Shown here piece after piece: positions 27,801 to 42,300 of a DNA stretch of 64,000 bases. Both the position numbers and the translations under genes were made by a program. Origin of the DNA: Sphagnum compactum (lineage: Eukaryota); NCBI GenBank assembly GCA_965153455.1, contig OZ234493.1, positions 13,630,213-13,694,212 of the forward strand, in the 5' to 3' direction. The notes beneath the pieces were generated by a model. The model was not told the origin of the DNA. It saw nothing but the letters and a program-made list of their open reading frames with translations, and searched no databases. Every line of letters begins with the position of its first letter. Position 1 is the first letter of the stretch.

Positions 27801-30092
27801 CTTTGAAATCCTAGTGAATATCACATTGTTTTTTCCTTTTATTTTGTGGATCTACAAATGATGAAACAATCCTAAAACTAGATGTGTTGGGGTGGGTGTA
27901 GAAAAATTAAGATAATAACAAAATGCACTAGGGTGAATGTAACAAAATTTGGGCCAAAATTGGATGCACCTTGAGTGTGGATAGTTGATTTTCCTTTTAA
28001 AGTAAATGCATCAAGTTCATGAATACAAGTAACAACAAAAGTCCTTGATAGACCATCAAATTGAATAGGCACAAATTTAAAAATTGGGATATACCCAAGG
28101 AAAAACAACAAGAATTTAATATTTGAAAAATGCTTGAAGGGAAACATGTTCCAATAAATAAGGGAATGATTAGAAGCACAACAATTGCAACTTACTCATT
28201 TAATGTGCATCTAAGTTTGATAATTCCTACTCATGCTGTTGTGTTGTCACTTTTTGCATGGAAGTTTAACAACCAAATTTACTTCTAAGAAAAAAACAAT
28301 TTCAACATATAACTTGGAATGCAAAACTTATGCTACTACAGAATCACAAAGGAAATTAAGAATAAATGTGCATGACTTACATTATTACAAAATTGAAAAT
28401 GGATTAAACAACGATGTCTATACTTATAAAAGATACACTACATATCTCATTTGCTTTTTATAATGCAAGGTTTCATTTCATAAACAACGACACACATTTG
28501 GAGGAAGTTGTTCAAGATGCAACACAATAATCATAATCGGTGGCACAATAATCATAAGTAGCAAGAGCATTGAACAACCAATGCCCAAAATCCCATGAAG
28601 CGATTTTGCAAAAACCAAAATATTATACCAAATGTTGTGGTACTTGCTTTTAGATTCTCATAAATATATTGAGTTTGGAAAATGAATCTTTAGATGAAAA
28701 TTTAGGTAACAAAGTCAAACCTTGAACAAGGTAGCAACCTTATTTTAGAAACCAATCATCCTAAAATATAACCAATGAACTTTGAAGGAGCAAGCTTCCA
28801 AAACACTAACATTAGGTTTATAATTTTGTTTCAAATTTCAAGCTAGCTGCATCAAGAGTTAATACTTTAGAGTTTTAGTTTGCAGAGTCCAAACAATCAA
28901 TCGTACAAATATTTGTAGTTTGTGGTAGGTGCAAGGACGGTGGTGACAAGTTAACAAAGACCTTTCACAAACACCTTTTCAATTTTGCAAGGTGGTGAAC
29001 TTTTGCCATATTAAAAAACACATTATTAATTTGTCTCTTATTTAAAAATGTGGAATGTTGAATGATATTGATTAGAAAGATGTATAAAAAAAGCTTTTAA
29101 ATTTGATCATGTTGGAACATTCTCAAAAACAACATCCTTTGGAGTTTAAATGCAAGTCATGAAAAACATCTTTGACATAAATAAATGTTAAGGCATCAAT
29201 GAATTGCAATTGTAGCACAAAAATGTTCCCCATTAGTTCAAGAACTAAACTTCAATGGAACCATTTGTGAATGGGAGTTTTTTTTTCCCTTTTGTTCCCA
29301 TGAAGTTCCCAATAATTTCCCCAAGTTGCTCCCAATAGCACCTTAATTTTATCATGTATTGTTTGAGACAAATTCGACTTTCATCTACACAAGTTATAAA
29401 AGGGCCGGCCAAAGGCAAACATGAGTATGCTCCTATTTTGGGAGTGGGAGCCAAAGGGGTGCTTCTATTGGGGGACTCTCCAATGTTTTAGAAAAATTGG
29501 TGATGGGGCAATCAAAAGTGGCTTCTTCAAAATAAAAATAAAAATTCAAACAAACAAAACTGTGGGGGCACTAATGAACAATGTTTTTTTTTGGGGGTCA
29601 ATTTCGTGATGTAGCCAAAATGGCAATGATCTAGACGAAGATGTAGCCAAATTAGGCTACAAGCTGAATTTGAAAATAGAGATTTTTAAACACCCTTTAA
29701 AAAAATTAAAATTAGGCTTTATACATAACTTGAATCATGCAATCAAAATCTAGCAAATTTTCTTAAAAAGTTGCTCAAATTCTGGCTATTGAAAATCTGA
29801 ATAATTCCTAAAAGCTTGAGCATCATACCATAGACCCTAAACCCTAAACCCTAAATTTCTTGTGGTAACCCAATGGGGCAAAACTTTCAACCCCTCCACC
29901 AACCAACCCTCTATAGAATCTCCTGAAGATTGTACACAAGGTAGTTACTAGTTACCAGATAACAACATAGGTGGTACTAACAATAGAAAACTAGGATGTG
30001 TAGATGACCTAATTTGTCCTCTTATGCTTCAAGATAGCCTAGATAAGAGGAGCTTTTGGTTTTTGCTCTGGCTTTCTCCACCCTATCTGATG

Positions 30093-30120
30093 CACCCTAA
30101 ACCCTAAACCCTAAACCCTA
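30093..30120. repeat. Interstitial telomere-type (AAACCCT)n; also at about 29833-29853, 39455, 47465, 51194, 54160-54190 and 58018-58050
   Basis: Tandem AAACCCT/AGGGTTT heptamers read directly. Confidence 0.85.
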
Positions 30121-33100
30121 CTACTAACTAACCTAACTACATGGGTAGCTTTAACACGTGATCCCATCTGGAAATGGCCAATGTAGCCAAGTTGGGAGGT
30201 GGGCTTTGATTAGTGTCCTGTAAAAATCCAAAGGCCACATGGAGTAGGACCAATGTGGAAAACCCATGGGCCACATGGGTTTGCTATCTTGATTGCCCCC
30301 CCTCCCCCCCCCCAAAAAAAACCCTAGCCCCAAAAAAAAAACCCTAGCCACTCACTCACTCACTCACTCACCCCCACACATAACTTACCAGTGTTGTTCA
30401 TGTTTTTAGGGAATTGAATTATGCAACCAAAGTGATGATCATCCATAGGAACATATAGCCAATTTTGGCTATCAACTATAAAAAACCAGATATTAAGCAC
30501 AAATCATAAAATCATCCTTTCATATTTTTGATTCCATGCTGAAAAAAGTAATTTTTCAAATTTTTTATGTTTTCTCTTTCTCAATTACCCTAAGAAAATC
30601 AAGTAATTTTTTGAATTTTTGAATTTCAAATTTAAGTGAAATTTCACTTGTATAAAAAACAAGGGTCACACATATATATACCTTCAGCTCTTCCCTCTCT
30701 TTACTTCATCTAGAGAGTTAGTCTCTCCATGCTGAATCAGCTCCAATCAGTGTTTGGATTGCAATTTGCAAGTTGCACCCAATTGAAGCAATTGAAGCAA
30801 ATGCTTTCTTTAATGTTTCATTGGTGAATTAGGATCAGTGTTTTTATTTTGGGGTAATGTTGTGTTATAGCCAAAGTGGCAATTATCCACAGGAATGTTT
30901 AGCCAAATTTGGATACAAGCTAAATTTGAAAGTAATTAAAAAAAACTCCTTCTATAGTTTTGGTTACCTGTTTGAAGCTTGTTTAGAAATATTACAATTT
31001 TTCTTAAATTTTTTATCAAATTCTGGCTATTAAAAGTTTAAGAAACCACTTGATTTTAGCATTTTAAACTTTTAATATAGCATTTTCGCTATATATAGAC
31101 ACATAGATAACAAGGATAGGAGTGGGTAGGGTTTAGGGTTCCAAAGAGGTGCTTCTATTGGGGGGCATGCCCAATGCTCCAAAAAAATTGCTAATGAGCC
31201 AATCAATAATGGCTCCTTAAAAAATAAAAATTGTGAGGGCACCCATGATCTAATTAATATGAATCACACTATACTAAATAAATAAGAACCAAATGTCACG
31301 AGAGTATTTCAAAGCCTTGCAAATTTGAATATTTATTTGGTTGGGTCTCTAAATAAAAAGCCATTTTTCCATGTTGGATTTGGCAAGAAATATGTCTATA
31401 GCATACCAAAATTTACCATAAATATAAGTTCATAATTGGTGAAAAATCATCACAATTGGTTTGGATTGGATTAGATTGGATGATTATCTCGGGTCAAATA
31501 ATTACCACAAGTGATGGTTGCGGGTAGGTTCTTTGATTTGTAGAACCGTTCAAGTGTTTGATCCATCATGCTAATTATATAGAATTGTTAATTTAAAATA
31601 TTATTATTATTATTATAGATTGATTATTGTTGACTAAAAAACCCAAAAAACACTAATTTTTTGCCATTTTCAAACACAAATTTGCCATATGGTGGAAATT
31701 TGCCACAAAAAAAATTACTGCTCAAAACCATGATCCCTTTACTACTATAGGGGTTTCATGTAGGATAGTAAAAGCCTTGAAGAACATTCTCTTTGTTATT
31801 TGAGGACCCTTCCTAAGAGGAGTTGCACAATTGCCCAACAATTCAAGGGGGAATTTACACATAAGGTCTCACTCATGTGATTCTTGGCTCTATGTCCATA
31901 GGTAACAACTAACTTGAAAATTAAAGATTTTCAGTTTATGTAAGAACCACCCACCTCCTTGGAAATCAATAATAGAATATCACATGGGCTTCAACTTATA
32001 CTTGAGGAAGGTATAAAGGGATCCTTGAGTTTGGTTTTCAGGGTAGTATAATAGCTATAAAAACCATGACCAAAAACAATAATTATTAGTTTCACTTCTA
32101 TAACCAATTGTTATACTATTGGCTTATAGATGTTTAGTAAGTGAGATTTGAACTCAAGACCTATTTGGTTTTTACAAATGTTTTTATCATTTGGGAACAA
32201 CTTTTTATTTGAAAAAAAATACAAGAATATTTTTATTTAAGTCTACACATGCCTATGGTTTTGATTTTTAAAACCATTGGAATTAAGGAACGTTAAATAA
32301 AAATGGTCATCATCATTATTATTACACATGAAAAGCTATGGCTTATGGTTAAGACATTAGTCTCCCTTTATGGAGGCATTGGGTCCAAATTTCAACATGT
32401 TTGAAAGCTAGTTTTCAAGGAAAACCAATGGTTCTTTTTTGTAAGAGAAAGTTTGAAAGTTAAGGTGACAATAAAAATTTGGAAAAAATAAAATTTATCC
32501 AATTTATTGAATAACATGAGGTGACATTGATGATCCAATTTATATTGAAGGGTTAGAATTTACACTTTTAGCCTTTTTCTAATTGTTTTGATTATTACAC
32601 AAAACGATGAATTGTTCATGGGAATTGTACATGCGTGGACAATTTTTGCAAGAAGAATTGTGGTCTAAATGAAAAAAAGTTTAACCATGACCCAAAACAA
32701 GAAACATTAACTATTATTTAGTTATGGGAGAACATAATAAAAGTTTCATTTTTTTTCATATCTACACATTTAATTTTACTAGTAACCAATCAAACACGAA
32801 TTGATAATCCAATTAAGATAAAATTTGTCACTAGTTTTTTAAGCTATCTAAGTTGATTGCCTTGATTAATGGACATGTCCATTTTGACTAAAGGCTTGTG
32901 ATTTGATTGACATTTGTATTTTTTTAATAATGAATTTGACTAAAATTATTTATTAACAATATGAAATTGAACATCCAATCAAGTTGAACAAAACAAATCA
33001 CCTTGGTCAAAATGGCGAATGGGTAAATCAAATGGCACATCTAATAAATTTGAACCAAACAAAATGATATTTTTTGGTCGAAATGGTCAATGGTTTTGGT

Positions 33101-33129
33101 CAATCCAATTGAACATGTTGTGCTAATTA

Positions 33130-33800
33130 ATAAGCTAAGATAACTAGTAACTACTTAAGCTAGGGAGGTAACCTAGGTCTACCTATCTACCTAATTATTA
33201 CATAGGCAAAGTAAGTAGACTTAAGTAAGTACGTAGCAAAACATATCTACTTACCTAATTGTTACATAAGTTAGATAAGTAATGTAGGTGTACTTAGCTA
33301 CCTACTTAGCTACTATTTAAGTTATATATGTAGATTTAAATAGGTAATTAGCTTAAACCTATTTACTTATTAAGCCCTACTTATGTAATTATCTATTTAT
33401 TATCTAGATTGAGCAAATAGCTTAGGTCTACCTACTTATCCAAATCTACATACCTATTCATTTATTTGTTACTTGTTATGTACCTACATACTTAAGTCCT
33501 TTACTTATCTATCAATTTATTTTCACCCTATTTAATAAATGATGTGAAATGAAAATTTCATCTTTTGGAAGTGTAGTCCATTGGTAGGGACTTGGTTTAT
33601 TATTATTCACATGAAAAATTTAATTTCTTATATTTGTAACCTATGTGTATGTTTAAGAAATTACAGTATGTTGATTAGATTAAGCTAATTAAGTTGATTA
33701 AATTAGATAAGATAGACTAAATAGGTTAAGTTGGGTTTACCACCTATTTGTTTACTTGTTTTTTAATGATCTACTTAAACTTATTTATTATTTACTTAAC
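33130..33800. repeat. Degenerate ACCT/AGGT/ACTT low-complexity tract
   Basis: Dense TACCTA, TACTTA and TAGGTA motifs on both strands. Confidence 0.6.
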
Positions 33801-34059
33801 TAGAAAAATAAAAATGATAATCTTTAAAAAATAAAAATTTAATCAAAAATTTGACTAATCAAATGGTCCATTATTTACTAGTAAAAATGATTAATCAAAT
33901 AATTTTTTATTCTACAAATTAAAAAAATCCCTCATCACAATCTCAAGTCCAAATTGATTTGTCTAAATGAATAAAATGATATTTTTAACTTTTATCATTT
34001 TGAGTATTTTTTTTTGTCATTGTGCAACAACAATAACATGTAGATACGAGTAAAATTCA

Positions 34060-34700
34060 CAAAAGGACCAAAATTCGATCCCATGTAATTCTTTACATGA
34101 GACCAAAATTTGGGGGCCCATGTAATAATACTACATGGGACTAAAATTTGGGTACATATGTAGTATTTTTACATGGGGCCAAAAATTGGGGATTTGAATA
34201 TTATACTTATATGGGACTAAAAAGTATGTTTTGTTCTTTATGAAAATTGGGACCAAAGTTTTGGTCCCATGTTGCACTTTATATGGGATCTAAATTTTTG
34301 CACTACATTAGACCAAAATTTGAGTCCCATGCAAATTGTACACGGGACCGAAAATTTGGTTGGTCCCAATGTTTCATCCCATGTGGCAATTTTTGTATTC
34401 ACACGTAAATTTTGGGATTGAATTTTGGATCCCCAATTACGTGTGACCGGGACTAAATTTTCAGTCCGACGTAATTTTTATTTTTTTTATGTGACCCATA
34501 TTTTGGTTGGGACTATATATATTATTTTGTGGGACCAAATTCCCAATGTACATAGGCTTCAAAAATTCGATCCCATATTTCGGTCTTGACATTTGAGTCC
34601 CATGTGTAAAGGTGTACTTGGAATCGGATTTTTCGTCCGTCCCATGTAAAATTTGGGACGGAAAAATTGTCCCATGTAGATTTGGGGTTGAAAATATTAG
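34060..34700. repeat. Degenerate tandem array of palindromic units of about 35 bp (TACATGGGAC-CAAAATTTG-GTCCCATGTA)
   Basis: Roughly a dozen recurrences of CATGGGAC/GTCCCATG around AAAATTT, separated by short AT linkers. Confidence 0.8.
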
Positions 34701-34724
34701 GGCATCGGATGGGGAGAGAGAGCA

Positions 34725-34816
34725 TTGTTATGCCTACTCATGAAAAGTGAGAGGGATCTTATACCTATATAAGGACACTTAAGATCCCTCCCATTCTTAT
34801 GGTGTAGGCATAACAA
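34725..34816. repeat. 92-nt imperfect inverted repeat (hairpin)
   Basis: Left arm TTGTTATGCCTACTCATGAAAAGTGAGAGGGATCTTA; the reverse complement of the right arm is TTGTTATGCCTACACCATAAGAATGGGAGGGATCTTA. Confidence 0.85.
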
Positions 34817-36360
34817 GAGCCCTACTCTTTCATCGGAAGGATAGATATATTCATGGATGTAAGGTACCCTCCTTATAAATTAATAACAATCCGAAAGTTT
34901 AGGGTTTATTATGGTGACCTAATTCACCAACCCTTTTCCATGGCATAAAAGCAATCTTTCTCCTAAATGCCTCTAGCTAGACATGACATGACTTGAAACC
35001 ATGCTATATATGCTCTCCTCCACCTTCACACAAATTTTGTGGACTAGTTTATTTGAGGTACCTTAACCTTAGCTAGAGACTTAGCAAGCCATCTAACCTT
35101 GTTGAGGTGTGGGAGTGTCTAGACTAGGTTGATGGCATGTTGTAAGGTATAGTCATGTCAAAAGTGCCCGTCCCTTCGCTCACGTCTTGTGGCCGTTCCT
35201 GTGAGTGCGCGGGGCTTCCGTCTTTTGTTGCTACAATTCAGTGGCGTTCACTGGGGTAGAGAGCCCGCCCTGCACACTACACCAGCAGTTGGTTTCGTTA
35301 TCTAGTACATGACAGGCGCCGCAACACTCTCTCTGGTTTGCGCCGAGAGATTCGGTCGTGAATTTGTTCTGAATTTGCGACGAGGAGCGGAAACCAATTT
35401 TCACTGCAGTCGTGGAGTTGAGTGGAGTCAGCTTGCCTTTTACGTCTTCGAGAAATTTTGCTCTCATAGACGTGTGTAAGTACTAGACTAGATTAGGTTC
35501 CTGGAAAGGAATCTACCGAAGGCCATAACGCATTTCATGAAATCTTTTTATATACAGAGACGTGCTTATTATAGTTCACTCGCAGGAGTTTTTTTGCCGT
35601 GGAATCCCGATCTGTTGATTTGGATTAGGTATTCCGAACTAAAGGACAAAAGTACTTGTTTGCCGATTATCCGCGTCGACGTCATCTTTTTTCTTTTTTT
35701 TTTCTGAAATTTCTCTCAAATCTTGGCCTATGATTTTGGTTTTGCCATTTTTTTGCCCCCCTGGTGGAGTTGTGGGCCAGTTGCAAGGATTCATCTCTAG
35801 AGGAGAGCAGCTGTTTTGGACTTTCGTGAAGGAGACTCTCCACCGTTAGCCTGTAAAGAGACCTTATAAGATCATACTGCAACCTCTTTAGATTGTTGCC
35901 GGGCGCTGTGCTGAAACGGATTTGGAGTTGGAATCTCTTTGACGCGGCTGTCAATATGCAGGTGCAGGTGAGAAACTCTTGAATCCCTCGTCGTTTTACC
36001 ACTAATTTGAAGAAGAAGTTGTGCTTGCTTGCTGTAAGAAAAGTCTTGGTGAACGAATCAGTTTCCGGTTTGAAGACTTTGAGTACGTTGTGTGTAAGTC
36101 TGGCTAAGAGGAAGACTACCTCAATAAGGATGTCAAGTCGAGTGCGGCACTCTGTTGACACGCTCGTGATCTCCGACACTGTGCATGCATCAGTGTTCTT
36201 GTTTCAAACGCTGTGTGGCGACTGCTGTTATGAGGAAAAAAATCCAGAGCAACACAGATAATGAGCCATAGAAGCTTTAGATCCGAAAGAGAAAACGTCA
36301 TGCGAGTTCGTCAAGCCGCGAAATAGGCCTTGGATTTACGAGAGTCTCTGGTGTCGTGGC

Positions 36361-39300
36361 ATGGTAATGTATTTGTAGATATAGCTTTGCATAGATCTGA
36401 GCAATTGCGTGGCAAGGAACCTGAAGGCGTGCAGTTTTGAATGTTGCAGGAACAGCAGGACACGATCGCAGACAAGAATGTCAAATACGAGGAGGTGAAA
36501 ATTCTCGAAGCTTACACAATCTTGTCCATTTTCCTTGGAGAATTTTCCTCTTCTCTCAATTTCATCTTCCCGCAGAAACAAATCGAGAGTACAGCAGTGG
36601 TTATCTGAATGCGTTTCTGTCCTGGAGACTCAGGCAGGCACAATCGAGATCCGAGAGCTTCAGATCCTCGGCGGGGGCCTCTGATCAATATGTAAAGATT
36701 TGCAATGCAGTTCTTTAGTAATGAGCATATTGCAACTCCTCATGATGGCTTCCTTTCTTTTGCTGTGCAGGAGTTTATTACCAGGAGGGGCTTGAAGCTG
36801 TTCACATGCCGATGGCTACCTGCTGATCAGGATATCAAGGCTCTGGTGTTTCTGTGCCATGGTAATATGATCTAGTTTCTGCAAGTATGAAATTCTCGCA
36901 GCGCATGATCACTTCCTCACAACATTGATCCCTGATCCAGATCTTCTCAGAGCTTGCCTACAGTAGCATTCCAGCTGCATACATTGTCCTTTGAGAAGTC
37001 TTATATCGAAGCCTGCTGCAGGTCTTGCAAGGATCTTCACTTCTATATATTCATGAGCATGTGATTTTTTTTTTGAATAAACGTCCAGGTTACGGTGCGG
37101 AGACGAGCGTGTTCATGAAAGGTAAAATTTCCATATACCTGGCTTTCCGAGTACTTCCTGGAGAATGAAAGTTCTGGTACAAAAGAATCATGTGCAAGGT
37201 ACCACGAAGCTCAATCATGTCAGAAGGCACCCGTAGGTGACGAGTCACGACAAAACGTTCAATGTCGATTGTATGAAACTTTCTCAGAAAACTCACCAAA
37301 TAGTACGATCTGCTTTACAATACAAGAGATCGCCGTTCAGATCGGGCCCCACAGGATTTTCTGGATGGCCGAAACTCAGTATCTTTTCTGTGTGCATACG
37401 TCAGTTTATGGCCACAGTTGTACTGCGATGAACTCCATAGTATTTTGTCAGCACATGGAGCAAACGTATTTCAACAGGTTTGGACTCTCCGGCCCCAAAG
37501 AGGCTCAATGAACATTTTCATCACAAAATAGGTCTGATCGAGGCAGTAGAATATTTGGAATGTGGTGCAGGCACAGGAATCAGGCTTGCACAAGCAGGCT
37601 ATGCAGTATTTGGGATCGACGTCCAGGGGCACGGAAAGTCTGACGGACTGCAGGCCTACATTCCAAGTTTCAATGACGTTGTAGACGACTGTATTGTTTT
37701 CTTCAAGAGCGTCAGAGGTTTGATCCTTTCTCCGCCGTCCTTTTGTACCAATTTCTCTTTCCTTCTGGGAGACTGGACCCCGACCTCCTCATCCCCTTCA
37801 CTTGATCCGGAGCTTTTTTGCTTTTTTGCAAACGGTGATTAGTTGAAGCAGCCGGCCCTGCCGTCTTAGTCCCCTCAAAACATTATCAATGTCTGTAGTC
37901 CAGATTTCGTTTGCCAACCCTTTTCTGGCCATATCTTGGATGGATGTCTGTCCATGTCTTTACCTGGATGTTGCATGCCAGTCTTAGTGTTGTACATGGT
38001 ACTGGATATGCATGCTTGGTTTCTTGATGTGCCGCATGCCTAGTACATGAGTTGTTTTGAGTGCATCACGATGCAGCCTCGTTTCACCATCCTCAGGAAA
38101 AGTTAGATAAGTGGTGGAAGGTTTTCAAATTGGGTAAGAAGTCGCATGTTAGAATCAGGTCCTCTGTTCACCCCTGATTTGAAGCTTGGATTGGGTAGTG
38201 CCTATTGTTGATGGGATAACTCTCAGCTTTCCCTTGCATTAACTATAGTCTCTCTGACTCAGGGACAAGCATAACTTCTATTTGAGACCCAAGAATACAT
38301 ACACTGTGTATAAAGTAGTGATTGCATGCATATCTGCACTGATTATTGATAGTGATTTTTATGTCACAATATCATTCAATGCATATACATAATAGGTATG
38401 ATTTATATGTTTTTACTGTGGATATGGCATACTCAAGGAGCTTGTGCTGTGTACATGATCTTTCTAGATGTGTGTAGCAGCAATTTGCGGGTTGATGATG
38501 CAATGAATGTACTCCCTGGGTGAGCATCTCCCTGCTGCAGAAAGAATGTAGGTTTTAAAAAAATGGGGGCCAAAAAAAGGTCTGCATTAAAATGTCTACC
38601 ACCTGGTTGACGCTTCGTTAGGTTTATGAACATAAATGCGTACCATTATCTCTACCGAGGTCCCACATGCTTCTTTTTGGAAGCAGGGGAAGATTTGTAT
38701 TTGGCTCTGGTTGACCGCTTCACTCTTGGAGAAAAGAAAAACACCCGAAGTCCATTGGTTGTTTAATCTAGGCTTTATTGCAGTGTGGCCCTTATCTTGT
38801 CTGCTATCATGGACTCGTGGGATTTTGCTTGGTGGGTCCTGCTTTCATCATCCATCTCCATAGTTACTAGTATCTAGTCCTCAATCGTTGCCAGTTAGGG
38901 TTTACAAATTTAAACAAATGTGTTGCAACTTGTGAGGGCTATATTTGGATCCTGCACTTGCCTCATAGAAGACCCTACAAAAAGCTAGGTTTTTACTAAA
39001 ATGTTGGAAAAGTCCACCCTCTCAACTCCTCAGAAATAGAGGAGTTTTGACTGTAACAACCAGGCCACTTTAATGACCTGACGTTGGTGAGTGGAACGTA
39101 GGATCTAATTTTGTCTGTTTGTACCTACTTGGAACCTGAGCTTTCCAAGAAATGCATGATTTGGGGGGAATTCAGCTGGTGGTGTGTCAGCGTTTTTGGA
39201 ATTTTTGTAATGCAGCATAAGTGGTGATGATCCATGGGAAGATGTCGAAAAACTGGTGATCGTCCTTAGGAAGAATTAGCCTAATCTGGCTATAAACCAG

Positions 39301-42300
39301 ACATTGAATCACAAATTTGCATGTGGCTCTGCCTTCTCACTAGAAGTAAATATTGCAATCTGGCTATTTTCCTGGTGTCTTAGTACTACTTCTTGACAGG
39401 CTAGACTGATGGATTTCTTCCTGCTGGAACCAAAATCATTTGCTCGTCCTGTTAAACCCTAAACCCTAAAAGCTTTCTAATTGTTTTAGTGTGGGTAATT
39501 AGATTTTGATGTTTGTAACTCTTGAGACTTGGATGTGTGGAATTGTAGAGACGAAGGATTACATAAATAAGGCGAGATTTTTGTATGGAGAGTCAATGGG
39601 CGGAGCTGTGGTCTTGCATATCCACCGGAAGGAACCACAAGAGTGGAATGGAGCAATTTTGCAGGCCCCCATGTGCAAGGTACAATTGCACCTGATCTCT
39701 AGATTACTCTTACTTTCAGAACTGCGTTGTGCAGACCCTAGGCTTTTCAACAACACAACACCAGCTTTATAATGTGTCTCATTGGACATCCAAGCCCATG
39801 ATATATATGACGTATCTAACTCACTACCAGCAATTTTTGGCCTAGCCGGTACCACCAGTTTAAGACCAAAAACTGCCAAGAATGTGGATAGAAATATATG
39901 TTTCATCCATGCATAGAAACCAAATGCATGTGGATGTGGAAGGATTTAGTGAGCATTGAAATTTCAGATCCAAATAGGATAGGTCATTCAGTTGTACTGT
40001 ACCTATGATCCGGCCACAGTGAACCAGCACCCACCAGTGCACCATGAAGGAGGGATGGTAAGTGGTTAGGAAACAGTTTTCTGTTGGGTTCGAATTCACT
40101 AGCTAACCATGGTGGTTCGCACAGTTGCTTTTATTTACTACCTAGGTACTAACAACCCGTAAAGCAGGTTGTTAGTAGGTTAGTAAAAGCAGCACTTACC
40201 CAGGAATTACATATTTTTTGCCAATCTACCTATATCTGAGACCTATTTCCTACAGAATTGGTTACCAAGGTGAAACCAAATATTAACTCAGTTGAGGTTC
40301 ATCCATCACTGAGTAATAACAAGGATCCAGTGGATGGTGCACTGGTGGATGCCGGTTCACTGTGTTCCCTATGATCCCAGTTCAAATACTATCCTCTAGT
40401 TCACTTATTACCCTTCTAATGTCCATTACAACCAGTGTAAACAAAAAGGAGCTGGTCATCTTGACGGCCTCACAGCCTCTTGTTATATCCAATAACCAAC
40501 CACCTTGAGCTTGTTACCAGTGTTGACCAGTTCCCGTTACCAGGTACCTGGACCGCTGGTTCAAAATTTTGAATATTTTCCAGAATCAGAATCTGAACTG
40601 GAAACCATCCTTTGGCTAGACCCAGACCAAGAACCAAGACCAGCCCCAAAACATGGTTTATGCAGGTTCCAGTTCTGTAATAATAAATATATATGTATAT
40701 ATAGTGTCTGGGGTTAGACATGTTAGTTTAAGGAATTTTTTGGAATAATAAATAAATCTTTAAACTAAAAATTTGTGGGTTTAGGTGTGTATTTGATATA
40801 GGTGGTCACATTTTATGGGTGGTACAATGCTAGTTACAAGGAAAAAAAAACTCAGTTTTGGGCTATGCATAGGCAAGTAGAACTGGAACCAGACCCACCT
40901 AGGAATTAAAAAAAAGAACTTGGAACTGTTGGTCTTGAATCGGGAAGAATTGCGTCTGGAACTGGACTGTAGGTTCTATCAAATTAAAAAAAAAACTTGA
41001 ACCAAAACCAGATGTTCTTTCGAATTTTAAGAAAAGTTGCAACCGGGACCAGAGGTTCTCTTGAGAATTGAGAACCTGCCAACACTGCTTGTTACCTTGT
41101 CTGTAGCTAGGTTTGTCTAGTAACTGAGTAGCTTGACCCGGTTACCATCCCCTTGTGGATAGCTGCAAGGTTGACAAAGGAAAAAACAATGCTTCTTTGA
41201 ACCCTCTATTATCACCTTCTAGTTCTGAAAAACTAATCAAAAGACCATTCTAGGTGCGTCATCCATGACACTCAAAATAGCTACGATAGACATAGGGGTG
41301 GACTTGTTCTGGGCATGGTAGTGGAATTGTAGTAGAGTTGAACCTCTCTACTGTGAAGAATGTCCAAAGACAACTATCTCACAGTCCATGGAAAAGGCAA
41401 AAACCAGTTACAAGGGATCAAGGAATCCTAAAATATCAGTTACAAGGGTAAAGGTGCTTTTTGACAAAGTGTGAAATTAGATTTCTACGTTGGGCATAAT
41501 GCAATGGCATTTAGAAGGTTTGGATTCTTGATGCTGCAAAAACCTTAATAATGTTCGGAATTAGGCAACAGTGCCTCTCAAAATGTAAGTATTTCTCAGC
41601 TAAATGTCACCATTTAGGCGTTCGTGCTGTGGGAAGTTTTAAGAACACCATTGTTATGTTATGGTGACCTTTGTACTTTGATGCCAACTATTAAACCTGG
41701 ACCAGTTTAAATGAATTGAAGCTTTTTGAGCTTGAATTGTCTTTCTCTTCATTAGCTAAACATAAATTGAGGTTCCAAGTTTTTTTATGATTGTTTTGAG
41801 CTGACTATTATATAATTATCTACACCCACTGTTGGGAGATCAGCTTGTCACTGTCATTCACAATGAAGCTGATGGTCTCCCCTATTTATGAGGGACGCTG
41901 AAAACGTTTTACTACACTCATTCTGAACGACATTGATTCTTGATGTGCTTGTTTTGGTTTGGTTCTGACTGACACAAAGGTTAGCTTCAAAGTCTTGTAG
42001 TGGAGTTTTCTCTGCCATCTCATCAAATTTCAGTACCAGTAGCTTGGACTCATGATTAGTATTCTTGACCTTTTGAATGACCATTAAACTTCAAAAGGTT
42101 TGTCTGTTTACATTATTCTCTCATGATATATAGGCTGCGTTGCAGTGTTGGTGAGTTGGAAGTTGACACCTTGCACATTATGCTTGCCAGAGGTATCATG
42201 CTACTGACTCCTACAGGGCTGCAGTGCGTGCTAGTGAAATCAACTATCAGTGGAAGCAGAACCCAGATTTAGCAAGTCCAGAAGGATATCCTCAACGTTA

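Noticed and set aside
34060..34700. CRISPR array
   Set aside because: Units are degenerate, lack unique 30-40-bp spacers, have no cas genes nearby, and sit in a eukaryotic context.
34985..35160. Possible MITE bounded by TGACATGACT inverted repeats
   Set aside because: Only about 10 bp of inverted repeat and no TSD, which is too weak to call.
35682..36179. 165-aa minus-strand ORF as a gene
   Set aside because: It has no recognisable motif and lies antisense to the lipase leader region.
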